A DNA stretch of 64,000 bases. Source: Euglena gracilis. Lineage: Eukaryota. The stretch is taken from the NCBI GenBank assembly GCA_039621445.1, contig CP154954.1, positions 13,572,716-13,636,715 of the forward strand. Reading direction: 5' to 3'. The notes under the pieces are model-generated. The model saw only the letters and a program-made list of their open reading frames with translations, did not search any database and was not told the DNA's origin. The translations under genes were made by a program, and so were the position numbers. This document shows, one piece after another, positions 46,177 to 59,283 of this stretch; position 1 is the stretch's first letter, and every line of letters begins with the position of its first letter.

Positions 46177-47374
46177 TATATACGGTGGTGGGGCGAACCA
46201 AGTCCACCGACCAGTGGCACAGCCTACTGGGTTTGCCAGAGTTCGAGGGAGGGGGGCTATGTACAGATGGGCGCAGCCCATGGGCAGTGTGGTTGTGTGC
46301 GGTGGCAAGGTAGGGGGTAAGGGGGACTAGCAGCGGGGCCAGTGGGCTTCAAGGCGGTCGTGTAGGTGCCGGGGGTCTACTGCTGGTGGGGTTGGTGCCC
46401 TTCGGGCAACCTGGACCGTTATCGGGGAGATCACGTTCGCGGCTGTGGGGCATGGTTGTGGGCGGTTGGGTGGCTTTGTGGGCCACCGTTTGGCGGCTTT
46501 GTGAGCCACCGTTTGGTTCCCGGGCCTCGGTTTCTTTTTCCGGGCGTTGTGGTGACCGGCGGGCGTGTTGACGCAATCAGCGCGGAGTCGGTCAGAGAGG
46601 TCAACGAAGGAAGTGTTTCGGGCGTAGCATCTGTGCCACTTGGCGGAAGAGGGCCAACGCGAAAAGCTAATAGCCTTCGGCCTGTCGTGTGCAACGCACG
46701 TCACCCTGCTCCCACGTAGCGGTCCGTTTTACCATTCTGGCCAGTAGTTTGGCACTTTCCGGTCCCAGCCCACCCCACGTGCCCATTGCCACAGTGGCGA
46801 ATGACCAACCGCCGTTGCGACATGGGACATCGTATTTGGCGTGTTTCGCTTGCTCCCGACGCTTAAGGAAGGTTCTCCAGCGTTCCCGGGTCCCGCTTCT
46901 CTCCGCAGCTTGCCACCCGTGCGCAACGGTGAGATCGACAGCTGTGGGTTTGCCATCTTGCCATAGATCGGCTGGCCGGAGCGAGGTGTCCGGTTGATTG
47001 GGCACCTGAACTTCGCGCTGTACACTTTGGCCGTTTGCGGACAGGAGGTTAAAGAGGCGTCCTGGACGGCATTGTGCCTGTTGGCGAAATTGTTCCGGAT
47101 ACAGCAAATCTCATGGTCACCATAAATATCCGTGGTACTCTGGCAGCCTGCGCATGTCCCGTTGGCTTCAGCCAGGGGGAGGCCCAGCCACCAGCTCAGA
47201 CCCAGGCGGTAGTCGGCCGCGTCAATTGTGGTGTGAAGGGCCTCGTTGGGTGTGGCGACCATCCAGCCGTGACCGATGCCATGCGCTTGCTCCATCAGCC
47301 GGGCTTGATCTCTTGCAGGGATCCGGCTCAGCAGACCGTCCACCGTGGTCCGGGAGAGCTGGGTCTGCCATCCA
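46177..47374 (-). mobile_element. 5'-truncated CRE-like copy with 3' motif
   Basis: LSWWLG, CAGC...GDHEICC...RHN, LRPADL, MGTWGG; 13-bp TSD GTGAGTAAGTTAG at 46164-46176 and 47375-47387; motif at 46183-46283. Confidence 0.9.
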
Positions 47375-50300
47375 GTGAGTAAGTTAGGATGGAAGAACAT
47401 CCTATTAGGATTTCCTAATGGCTGCCCCTTCTCTCTCCACAGGTGGTATTCTGTTGTATTCTTATTCCTTTGTTTGTTTTCCTTCTCCCCCGGTCCGGAC
47501 TTGGTTAACCAGTCCGTCCTCTCTGCATTGCTCGTCATTGGGGGTCGGGACTGCCCCCCCCACGTTGTGGGCTGGGCCGCCTTGGCGGGGGCCCGTCCTC
47601 TTGAGAGGGGGGGGGGGCTGCCCCCCCCCCCCCGCTCTCTCCGGTGTGGAGGGGGGTTGGTGCTTGCCCCCCTCCCCCCCCCGGCGTGGTTAACTTCAAA
47701 AATTGGCCGACGGGGTGTATTTTTTAAAAATTGGTGGAAAATCGGCAGGCCCCCCCCTCCCCCGGCATGGTGGGCCGAGGACTTGAAACACTTGAAAGGC
47801 TCGAAAAAAATGACCACCCGGGGGCTCGAGGCACCCGTTGGGCCTCCGTGGCCCTGTGGGCCCTCGGGCCCGCAGGCGCCCGTGGACCCCCCTGTGGGCC
47901 CCTTCGGCGCCGCACCGTGCGGTGTGGTGCTCGTGCGGCGCGTGTGGCGCCACGTCTCGTGGGGCGCTTGCCCCTCGGGGCGCTATGTGGGCCGCGGGTG
48001 GTGGGCGAGGCCAGCCTTGGGGGGGGCTGTGGGCCCCTCAACCCTTGGGACCCCCCCCCGGTGCGCTCTTGTGGCCTCCTCGCCCCACCCGGGCGTCCCG
48101 TCGCCACTCCTGGCCCCCTCGCCCGTAGGGCACTGTGGGGTTGACTTCGCCGAAATTGAAATTGAGGTTGAACCTCCAAAACACAACAACAACAACAAAC
48201 AAAGGAAATCAGCTCGGTCCCTCCAAGGTTTTCCGCACCAACCCCATTTTCTCCCCCCCCCCGGTGGGCTAGCCTCCACAGGTAAGCCGGCCCAGGCTAC
48301 GTCTGGGTCGGCGGGGGGGGGGCTTAGGGGTCCTCATCGGAGCCGGGTCACAAGGGCTCGAACTCCGCGAGGAGCAGTTGGAGCACTCCGCCGGGCTCCC
48401 CGACCTGGTCCCCTTCGGCGTCCTCGGCCTCGGGGTCCCCGGCCGTGGCAGCCGCGGCGAGGAGGTCCAACGACCCCGACTCGCTTGCCTCCTCCTCGCT
48501 CCCCTGGTCGTCCCCTTCGCCATGCGCCTCCGCCTGCACCTCCGCATCCACCCGCTGCGGCGCTTCCTTGCCCACCAACCGCCCCACCACGCTCCGGAGG
48601 TGCTCCACCTCCTCCGCCAGCCCCTCAAGGTAGGCCAGCAGGGAGCGGAGGTCCTCCGGGCGTGTGGGGGACGGTGGTCGGAGGGAGTCGGCCGGCTGGG
48701 GAGGTTCCGCGGGGGTGTCAAGGCGGGGCGCTTGGGGACGGGCAAGAGGGTGAGGAGGGCGGCGTCCGCCTCGGCGGCCGATGGTGGCGGGGGGACGACG
48801 GGAAGAGGTCCAGGGACGTAGGGGCGACGGGGCACGTAGCGCTGCATCCTACGCACAAGAGAAGGACGTGCGTGTGCTCCGCCACCACCACAATCCCCAC
48901 ACCCGCCGTCCCCTCGCCTCCACCTCCTACCCCCCACCCTTATTGACCCCGTCCCCGCCCCCCCCCTCTTCCCGGGGCGGAGAAGTCCCACCACCTCCAA
49001 CGGAATCCCCTTGGCCGCACAATAATCCACCACATCCTCGTTGTAGGGGGGGAAGAAATCCGACCATGGCAGCCATTGGAGATCCGTCGGATCCCAATTT
49101 TTCCACCTCACCTGAAATTCCGGGACCCCCGTTTCCGGGTGGTTCCGGCTGCCCCTCTAACACCCACTCATCCCGTCCCACCTCCAGGGGGGCCGCCTTG
49201 TCGTTGAAATAGAACAGTGGGAGGGGTCGGTGGAGAACTCGTCCTCCGCGTGAATCTTGAGTTGGCTCCGGTGTGTGTCTTGGCGGGCCCCCGGGGCCAG
49301 CTCCACCACATATGAGTGGCGACCCCGGCGGGCCACCACAGACCCCCTTTTCCACTTGGTGGCCAACTTGTCTGTGCCCGGCTGTGTCTCGGGACGGTAC
49401 CACACCTTGGCACCGACCTCCAGGGGAGGTGGGTCCCTTCTCTTGGCGTTGATGGAAGCGCACCGTTTGGCGTGCAAGTCATTCAAGGTTGAGGCCACCT
49501 TTTCGTCCATAGCCCGCATCCGTGCCATGAAGTCGGCTGCCCCCTCGGCCTCTCGTGGGGGCTGGTGGGGCAGGCCTTGGAGTGGCCGGTGCCGCCCGAA
49601 GACCACCTCGTAGGGCGACAAGCCGGACTACCCAGGCACATCGTGAAGGTGCCGGAGAGCCTTGGGTAACAGCACCACCCATGAGGCCTCCTTTTCCGAC
49701 AAGTCGGCGATGATCTTGGACAGGGTGTTCATCACCCGTTGGCCTGCCACCTCTGCCCGACCGTTGGCCTGGTGGTGGTAGGCCTGCACGTAGGCACGCT
49801 TCACCCCCATGGCGGCGCACATTGTTTGCCACCAAGCCGAAGCAAAGTGGGGGCCACGGTCCGAGGTCACCACAGAGGGCACCCCGAACATGTCCCAGTG
49901 GCGGAACATGGCCTTGGCCACCACCTCAGATGTCAGGCCCTTGTACTTGTGGGGGGTGGCCACTGTCCACCCACTCTCACGGTCCACGCACAGGGCCAGA
50001 TAATCATACACCTGGCCCTCGTGGGTCACCTCAGGCATGGCGAACAGGTCCACTGCCACACTGTCCATGAGGAACGGTGGCACAGGGGTGGCTTCGAGAG
50101 CACACTTGAAAGGTGCTCGAGAGGGGTCACAGGCTTGGCAGATTTCAGATTGCCGCTGGATGCCTTGGGTTATTTTCTCAGCCCCCCTTGGATCCGCGAA
50201 CCTGTACCACCGCCCCATCTGGTGCCAGAGCCTGGAGGCTCATGGGTGGCCCGCGTCCCCGTGGTGGGCCCGGACCACGAGCCCCATCAGGCTGTTGGGC

Positions 50301-53095
50301 ACACAGAGGAGCCCGTCCGTGTACATTTTGTCCTCGTACAGACGGACTCCCTCAGGCCACTCCCCGACAGGGGCCTACACACTTGCATAAACAGGCCCCA
50401 CACAGGGCAATTGTCATATGCCCGTGACCAATCCCTGTCCATCACTGGGATGGAGGGATCCTCCTCCACCTCCTCCTGGGTGTGCACCCCCGTGTCTGGA
50501 GAAAGTGAAATTGGTTCCCCCACAGGTTCCCTGAGATCCCCCCGGTGGGGATTATCGATGGGAGGGTTTGGCTGCAGGTCCTCACTCAGAACTCTTCGCC
50601 CTGGTTGGTGTTCCTCATGTCCCCCCCTTCTTGCCGGCTGTTCATTCCCGAATTCATCCACGAAAAGATGGGCACGTGGGGAACCTCGTGTCTCCCGCGT
50701 GTCCAACCCAGGTCCCCCAGGTCCCTCCCCTCCCATGAGGATGGGACCCGAATCTCCCGAGGGGGCGTCCACAGGCCCCTCCCCCCCTGTGGGGTCAGGG
50801 CCAGGGCCCCCTGGCACTGAATCCTCAGCCCCCTCCCCCTCTGTGGGGCTGGGGCCAGGTCTGTGCTGTGCTGCTGTTTCTCTCCCACTGCGTGTTGTTA
50901 CCGCCACGTGGAGTTCCGCCCCCCCGTGCGGTGTCCCGCATTCTCGCTCTTCCCTCCGTTCTTCCTCGATCATGGCCCTCATTGCCTCATCATCCTCCTC
51001 GCTCCCGTGGAGGCTGATGTCGGCAAAAGCCTTGGAGGCAGGATATGCCCATCTGCTGAGGGCATCCGCCACCACATTTTCCTTTCCCGGGATGTAGACC
51101 ACGTGAAGGTCAAACCGGGAGAACATTTCATGCCAGCGTCCCCGCCTCCCGGCAGGTCCGCTGGGCGTGTTCAGGGTTTCCTTGGCCCAGGCCTCCACGG
51201 ACTTGTGGTCCGTGAGGACCAACACCGGCTGCAGGTTGTTGTAGGAGGCCCATTTTTGGAGGGCCAGGATGATGGCGTAGGTCTCCTTCTCCCGCGGAGA
51301 CCAGCTTTTCACCTGCCCAACTGTGAGTTTTCGGGAGCAGAAAGCCACAGGCACGGTTTTCCGTGTTGTGGCCTCCACAGCGGTGGGCATCCCCTCTGTT
51401 GGCTCCAAAAACTGTTCAAGGGCTGCCCCCACCGCCTTGTCACTCGCATCAACCCGGAGAATGAATGGCTGGTCCGGGTTGATGGTGTGGAGCTCCAATC
51501 CCCGGAGGAACTCCTGTTTCAGGGCGGTGAAGGCCTCCCGTTCCACTTGGCCGAATTTCACAGGTTTTTTACTCCCCTTTTTACCCTCCACTCGTCCCAC
51601 CTTGAGGATTTCCATCAGGGGGGCTGCATACCGGGCATACTCTTTCACGTAGCTGGAGTAGTAGTTGGTGACGCCCAGAAAGCCCCTGAGGGCTGTGATC
51701 GTGCGGGGCTCCTCCCACTTCTCCAGCGCCATGAGTTTGCCCGGTGCTGGCCTCCGTTTTCCTCCCCCCAGGATGTGGCCACAGAACTCCACTTCTCTTA
51801 CGAAGAAGCGGCATTTGTTTTTACCAGGCGGTGCTCCCGCAGTGCCCGCAACACTCGCCTTATGTCCTGGTCGTGTGCCTCCAGGGTAGCTTCCTCCGTG
51901 CCACACCACTCCGTCCCCACAATGATGTCGTCAACGTATGGGTTGGCGACATCAGCCACATCCCTCAGCGAGTAGTTGATCACCCGCTGAAAAATGGCCA
52001 CTCCATTTTTCAGGCCCATCACGACCACACACCACCGCTTGGACCCCCGGGGGGTGCTGCAGCAGGTGTATGGGCGTGAGTCTTCGTGTAGGGGCACCTG
52101 ATGGAAGGCATCCTTGAGATCAAGGACGGAGAACAGGTACCTCCGTCCCTGGTTCACCATGATGTCCTCGATCCTGGCGAGGGGGTATGCGTCCGTCACT
52201 GTGGCCTCGTTTAATGCCCGGAAATCCACAACCCCACGCCACTTCCCCTGTTTCTTGGCCACCACGAACGTAGGGCTGCTCCACGCACTCGGCACCCCCT
52301 CCTCCACCTTCTTGTCCCGAACCCACTCGTCCACCAGGTCGCACAGTGCCCTGTGTCTCTCCCCCGTCAGGTGGATGGGCCTCTGTTTTTTCGCCACAGA
52401 TCCGGTTTAAATTCGATTTTCCCTTCTCCCAGGGGCCCTCGAACGATTCTTTCCCCCCAAATCCTGTCTCGGAGAACCTCTCCCTCGAAGTCCATCCGGA
52501 GGGCTGCCCGGAGCTCCTCAGCCCGCTGGCTGGTCACCTGTTCCGCTTGGTGAACAAGGATGACCCCTTGGGCGGCCCGTGCCTCGAACTCCCGGGCTGC
52601 CCGCAAGAGTTCCTTGGCTACTGTCTCCTGGGTCGCCTCATCCTCGTGCAGGGTTTTTTCCTCCCACTCAGGCTCCTCGGTGTCCTCCCCCAGGGCTGCC
52701 TCTGGCAAAGCAAGCCGCAGTGCTCTGACTTTTTCCACCGTTTTCAGGTATCTCGCTCACTTTTGTGCCTTTTTATGGGCTGCTGGCTGAACTTGCTCAC
52801 CCTCCGCATCATTTCCCCGAAGGAGGACCACCTGCTCCCCCCTCAATGCCAAGGCCCGGAGGTGTGGGAACACCCCGAGCTGGTTTTCCTCCAGCCACGG
52901 GAAGCCGATGATGGCCTCCACGTGGATGTCGGCCTCATAGAAGGAGGCTGGGGCAGTCCACAGGGCCCCCTCCCCCTGACCCAGGCCCCCTTCCCGCCGG
53001 AGGACCAGGTCCAGGATTGCCTCCCGTTCCCCCCCTTCCATCTTGGCTCCACTTGCTGTCACCAGGGACAGGGGCTTGGGGGCAGGCAGGAGGTA

Positions 53096-54460
53096 CAGGC
53101 CCGGGCGCAAACCGCAAGTACATTAAATACGTCAGGAATTAAACCGCAAGGAATTTAATCCGGTGGGGCCCCGCCAGTCGGGGAATTAAATCCGGTCGCC
53201 CTTTTTTCCGCCGATTTTTTTTCTCTTCGGCGTCAGGGTTACGTCCCTCGCATTGTGTAAGAGATTTTTTTTGTGTCGGTTCGCAAACACCAGCAGAAAT
53301 AAACCATTTTTCAGACGAATTTTCAACTCCGCATTTTTGTGTAAAGGGGGCCTTCAAACTGAAAAAATGTTCCATTGCTGGACCCTTTTTCCGGGGCGTT
53401 GACTGGCGTGGACCCCCACTCTCCCCCCCGTGGGTCCACGACTAAAAAAAACCCCTGCCCCCAAACTGGCCACTGGTGGAAAATAAGTTGAGTGGAAAAT
53501 TGGCAACCACATCCACATCACCAGATCAATTTCCCAGTCAAAAAAACAGTTTGTTGCAAAATGGTGTCATGCTGGCCCAGGGCCTTTTCAGGCCACTGGT
53601 GTCAAAATGGTGTCAGTGGGGGGGGGGGGGGCTTTGCAGGCACTGAAAATGAAAATTGAACTTTTCAGATAGTTCCACACGGGAAAGGAAACACATTTGT
53701 AAATCACAACAATGCAGCAGAAAAAAAAGGATGCACTATGTTACAAAAAAATACAATGCAGCAGTTACAAAACATCTTCTTCTCCGGTTTCTCTGTTCTT
53801 CAGTTTCTCTCAATTCACCTGATGAAAAATACATGCATCCAAACACAACGGATGATGCCACAGAAAATACCCACAGAAAGAGGCATTGCATTAAAAAGCC
53901 ATTTGATGCCGCAGATGCATGCCACAGACATTTGATGCTACAGCCACAAACTTTTCATCAAAATTCATTTTCCCAGGCTACAGTGGAAAAGATCAACACA
54001 GACTTTCAGTGGAAATGAGCATTTCAGCAGAACAAGGGACAGGGGTCACACCTTCAACTGTGAAATTGTTTACCTTTAAATTTGCCCATTGCTGCATCTT
54101 CTGCCTGCACTCTTGGGAGTCCTGGGGTGTAGAGAAAAAATCGTTTGATTGGAAAGGGACATAAACCTATCTGTTGAACTTCTCAGCAGCTTAAACCAAC
54201 TCTTGTACCGCTTGAGGATTCGCCTTTTTATCATTGGGTTCCAAAAACTTCTTCATTGGTTTCTGACCAGGTGTGTAACTGTGGTGGTAGCTGAAAGAAC
54301 GCGTATACATTCGCTAATCGTTCGCTAATTCGGGTAAATAATACTCGGGGGAATTAATTCCGTGGACCACCCGAAAGTCGAGGAATTTAACCGGATTTAA
54401 TTCCCCCGAGGTTTTTTGTCCAACCGAATTAAATGCCCACGAGATTTAGGCCCGGGCCTG
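53096..54460. mobile_element. Non-autonomous TIR element (Tc1/mariner-like TA target) inserted in the protease of element C
   Basis: 11-bp TIR CAGGCCCGGGC and TA duplication; removal restores GMLPDTY|LLPAPKPL. Confidence 0.85.
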
Positions 54461-54689
54461 TATGTGTCGGGAAGCATGCCTCTTCGGACCAGGTTCACCT
54501 CTGCCCCTGTGTCAATGAGGGCATTGATGAAGTGGGACTGTCCGTCTGGCCCCCTGGCCTGCACTCGCATCAGCAGCTGCCGTTCCCCGGCACCCTGCCC
54601 CACCTCACGGAGCAAGACAGAGGGCACCACTCGCTCTGTCTGGGGGTCCCGCTCTGGCTCCGGAGACTCTGCAGCGTGGGCCTCCGGTG

Positions 54690-55310
54690 CTGGTGCTGTG
54701 GCAAGGTCACGGATGAGCGCCTCTGGGATCCGATATTTTAGGTGCCTGGGCAGGTTTTGGTGTTTGCTTCTGAGCCGGATTTTGTTCCGTCCCTTCTGTC
54801 CCCCTTCAGGTACCGGGCTTTCCAGGTTGGAGCAGGTCCGGCCGTCACACACCCGTGGCCTGAGACCCAAGACATGGGGGCTGCCCCATATCCTGGTGGG
54901 CTTCTGGTAGCCCCAGTCTGCATACTGGCAGTAATCCACGTCCACGTGTGGGATCCCTGCCATGTACCTGCGGGTCCGCAGGTACCCGTACCGGGGGTTT
55001 TCCAGCCACCACCGCTGTGGGCGGAGGTACTGGATGATGGCCAGGGCCGCTGCACCAGCCGATCAGCCAATTTAAAATCTCGTTCCCTGGTGGTCAGGGC
55101 CAGGCTGAACTCGGTGCAGGGGACCCCGCACACCACCACCTCAAAATCCCCAGGCTGGAACTGTTTTTTAAAATTCCATTTTAGCACGTCTACACAGATG
55201 TCTGGCCGCCACCTGGGGTCCACGTCCACCGACGTAACCTGGAAACCCAGGCTGCGGTAGACGTCCCCCACTGAACCTGTCCCGCAGAACAGGTCCAGCA
55301 TCCGTCTCGG
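54690..55310 (-). pseudogene. C5-cytosine methyltransferase domain of element C (frameshifted)
   Basis: MLDLFCGTG, CGVPCTEFS, DYCQYADWGYQKPTRIWGS; closely similar to element A. Confidence 0.9.
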
Positions 55311-55454
55311 CTGGTCCGCTCTCCCCACCTGCCCCAGGTGTGCCGGCTTGACCTGCACTGTGGCCCCCCCAGTCCCAGGGGGTGGCCCTGAAAAATGTGT
55401 CCCAAACCTGGTTTTTTTCTCCCTCCCCTTTCGTGTCACCTCCTCCCGCGTGCA

Positions 55455-55870
55455 TCAGTCTGGGTGCCCGCACAGCAAAAACGCTGTGATGGGCCACTTT
55501 GTCCCCCGGCACAACTCCTCCCCTCTGCCGAAAAATCGTGTTCCCTGAGGGAACGTGACTTGGCGCACTGCCAAGCCACTGGCCTCCCTATACCAACGCC
55601 GCCCCAGCCACCTGGGGGTCACCAGGATGGCATGGGCCTGATCCCTCCTGGTTTTTTCGAGAACCTCCTGTATTTTTTTATAAGGTGGGTTGATCCACAA
55701 AAACCTCCCTGCCCCAGTCCTGTTTGAAGGCATCTTCCCCTTCCCCACTCCTCGGCCCCCACCAGCGGACAAACCTGCGGTTTTCTTTGGCAGAAAAGGC
55801 GTCGACCTCCGGCTGGACCCCCAGGCGGCGGGTACGTCCCTGACGTACTCCTCCCGGACGTGGTAGTCCT
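55455..55870 (-). pseudogene. N6-adenine methyltransferase-like domain of element C (frameshifted)
   Basis: QDYHVRE, PEVDAFSAKEN, DAFKQDW, LWINPPY, ILVTPRW. Confidence 0.85.
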
Positions 55871-57615
55871 GGGAGATCCACCGGCAGGGCGACCTCCCAA
55901 ACCCTGAGGAACGGGCTGGGAGTGGTGCTGGGGGTGGTGTGGGGGTTGAGGTGGAAGGTGCGGTCCTGACGCACCTCACCTGGCGAATCGAAAAACCTGA
56001 ATCCCTTTCCGTGCTGGGGGCGGTTTCATCCGTGCCCTTGATGGTTTGGGGAACGTTGATGACCTCCCTCGCTGCCTCCCTGATTGATGCCTGTGAGAGC
56101 GTTTTGTCTTTTCTTTTTTCTTTTTTTGTTTTGCGTTTTCCCCCTCCCTTCCTGGTGTTGTGATCTGCGGTAGACTGGGTGTGCTGGAACCCGAAGACCC
56201 CTGGGCGGCCTGCTGCGGAGGGCCAGCCGCCTTGTATCCCTTCTCCCTTGTTCCCGAACCTGAACTCTGACCTGAGCCCCCCCCTGGACTGCCCTCGCTG
56301 GGGAAAAGCGCAGCCCAGGGGTTGGCAGAGTCGAATGGGAGGGCCTGCTGGCCCCCCCAGCCCCTTTTCGTGTCCCAGTCAGGGGGGGCTGGGGGGACCG
56401 TGCAGGCCCAGGTCCGGGTCTGCCGTTGGACCTTCCCTTGACCAAAACCCAACCCTCTCCGTGAACCCTTTCCTCACCCCCCTTCCGAGGGCCGTGCTGG
56501 GGGCACCCTGGGCCCCCGTCCCCTCCCTTCTGGCCCCCGCATTTTCAGGCACTCCCCCGCCGTGGTGGCGTGGAAGTCCCCTTCCCCTTTCCCCTTCTCC
56601 ACCAGCACTGTCGTGCCAGATGTCCCGTTTTCCCGCACTCATAACACTTCTTTCCTGGGCATTCCCGAGACCGGTAATCTGTGGCCCCGCACTGGCTGTA
56701 GGGCTGGTCCACCGAGGGGCCACTCCGGGGGCTCCTCGGGGGGGTTTGTTCCATGTTGGTGGCTGGGTGGGGGGTTGGGGACCTGGCTGGGCGAAAATCT
56801 GGCCGCCCCTGCCAGCTCCCTTGCCGAACCCCTTCCCCTTTTGCCCCGGACTGGGTGACCTGCGTCCCTCCCGTCCCTTTCCAGGTGACCCGCCTCGGTG
56901 CCGTGATTGCCTGTCCTGTGGCCCCTCGGGGCCTTTGGGGGGTCCTGCTTTTGCTCCCCCCTCAGCTGGCTGTGAAACGGTTTTCTGGGGCTGGGCTGGC
57001 CTGGCCTCCTGGGATTTAACTTCAGAGACTGAAAAAATGTCGAGGCCCCCGGCCCAGTGGTCCTCCTGGTGGCCTGGGACCCCCCGTCCGCCCCAAGAAC
57101 GGCCATAGCTGTCAGACCGTTCCTGGCACCGCAGCTCGTTTTCAGCGTGTCGAAAAACCTCTTCCAATCCCAGCTTTGTTTCGTGGGGGGTGATTTTCAC
57201 TGTATTGCCCCCCTGTAGCATGGCCCCGTTCCTCATCATCAGCCTCTCCAGCGCCCGTCGGCTGTAGAGCTTGATGAGGAAGGAGTCCCGGTGTGCCCTG
57301 ACTGTCACCGGCTCCCCCTCACCCACAGCCTCCTGGGCGAGTTGTGCTGCCTTCTCCACTGTCAACCCTGGGATGTGCCACAGCCGCACTGTGGGCGCAT
57401 CCTGATTTTTCCGTGTCTGTTCCCTGATTTTGGCCCTTCGCATGGAATCTGGGAGCAGCTGTAAAACCAGGGCCTGTGCTTCCTCCTCCGAGGGGTTTTC
57501 CATCCGGCAGAAAATTAATTTAAACTGGCTTTCATATTCACGCCACGCTGGGAGGGTTAACTTACCCGTGTTGACTGGTCTGAGGGCCCTGAGCTGCTCA
57601 TGCAGCGAGGCATGG

Positions 57616-59283
57616 GAGACAAGGCACAGGGGGGGGAGGGGGGGGTCCGAGGGGGGTGGTTGGAAGCTGTACAGGGGGGGGGGAGGGGGGGGGTCCCCAG
57701 AAAATCACAACTGTACTGCCCACCCCCGAGACATTTGCGACATTTTTCGTCCAATTGAGGTTGGCAATGATGGATTTTGCGAAATTCAGATGCATTTTGC
57801 AAAATATTTGTGTCTTGTAAAAAGAATGGTAGCCAGAGTTTTCACTTTAAACACTTAGCAGAAAGGCAGGAAGCAGCTTCAATCACTCCCCCTTGGCACA
57901 CCATGCGGAATTGAGCCAGGGTTGACGTTTTTTTTTGTTTTTCAACAAAGAACAAAATATGTTTTTTTTCCAAAAAAGAACACAAAAAAAAAACATGTTT
58001 TCTTTTTTAAAAAAGCAAAAATTGACCTTCTTCCTTGCGAAATGGCCATTTTTTGAGGAAAAAGTTTTAAGGTCATTTTTTTGGTCATCAAAAGTGACGT
58101 TTTTTTAGTTTTTCCGGACACTTCATCCAGCACCCTTCACGGACTACGAAGCTGCAGAGATGAAAAAAGACCTTTTTTCTAAAAAAAAAGTTTCAAAAAA
58201 ATTCCCCCAAACCCGCCATGAGGTTTTTTTTTTTTTTTTAAAAATTTTTTTTTCTTAGGGGGTGCCCCCCCCGTGACCCCCCCCCCCCCGTTACATCCCC
58301 GTGACCCCCCCGTGACCCGAGAATCGATCCTCCGCCATTCTTTTTTTCAAAAGCATTTTTTAAAAAACAATGAACTTTCATGTATCCTTGTCTGCCCAAT
58401 GCACCTTCATACCAGAGCTGGCGTTTTTTTTGTTTTTTTAAAAAAAAACAAAAAACGTGTTTTTTTTGAAAAAAAAACGGCAAAAAAACCGGTTTTTTTA
58501 AAAAAACCGGCCGAATCAAGCGCCAAGTCGCCGGCAACGGAAAAACTCAAAAAAAAACACCACACACATGCAACCCCCCCTTTCCTCGGTTTTGTATTGA
58601 CCTTTGAAGCATGGGCAAAAGAGGTTGGTTGAGAAAATAGCTATAAAAGTGACAGAAAAAAATGCAACAATTCCAAGATCATGTTGGGAACTGCCCAAAA
58701 AAAATGAAAAAATTTTTTTTCCACCATACCCCCGCTGGCGTTTTTTTTGTTTTTTTAAAAAAAACACAAAAAAAACAAAAAAAACCGTTTTTTGTTTTTT
58801 TGTTTTTTTTTGACTGCCGGCTTTGCTTCATACCCAAAAATGGCCAGAAATCTTTTCCCCTGAAAGAAGTGCCAAAAACTGGTGCATTTCCCCACCCAAA
58901 ACGGAATTTTGTCAAAAATGGCCCAAACTTCATCCCAAAAACGTGTTGGTCAAGAAAATCCTAACAAAATTCCCTTTCAAAAATGACCAATTTTATCACG
59001 ATGCAACGTCATGAATGTTGCCTCCCGGCTACCTGCAAAGTGGCATACTTCCCCCGTGACCCCCCCCCCCCCCCCCCCCTGACCCCCCCATGACCCCCCC
59101 AACCCGCACGTTTTTTTGTTTCAAAAAAAAACAAGCCGTTTTTTTAAATTTTTTTTTCATCTGTCTCGGGGGGGGTTGGAAGTGGGGGGGGAGGGGGGGG
59201 GGTCCCGGGAGGGGGGGGTTGGAACTGTACAGGGGGGGAGGGGGGGGGGTCCCAAGGTTTGACCAACTGTACTGCCTTGTCCC
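57616..59283. mobile_element. Non-autonomous insertion with short TIRs and a 22-bp target duplication, in gag of element C
   Basis: Ends GAGACAAGGCA and TGCCTTGTCCC; CTGCTCATGCAGCGAGGCATGG at 57594-57615 and 59284-59305. Confidence 0.85.

Noticed and set aside
46183-46283. 5' HDV-like ribozyme of element D
   Set aside because: The TSD shows the motif is the 3' end of the neighbouring truncated copy, and I could not fit the HDV nested double pseudoknot.
47345-48946. 533-aa ORF and other long antisense or GC-rich ORFs (e.g. 49739-51097, 34637-35863)
   Set aside because: Low-complexity frames or shadows opposite real retroelement genes, with no domain motifs.
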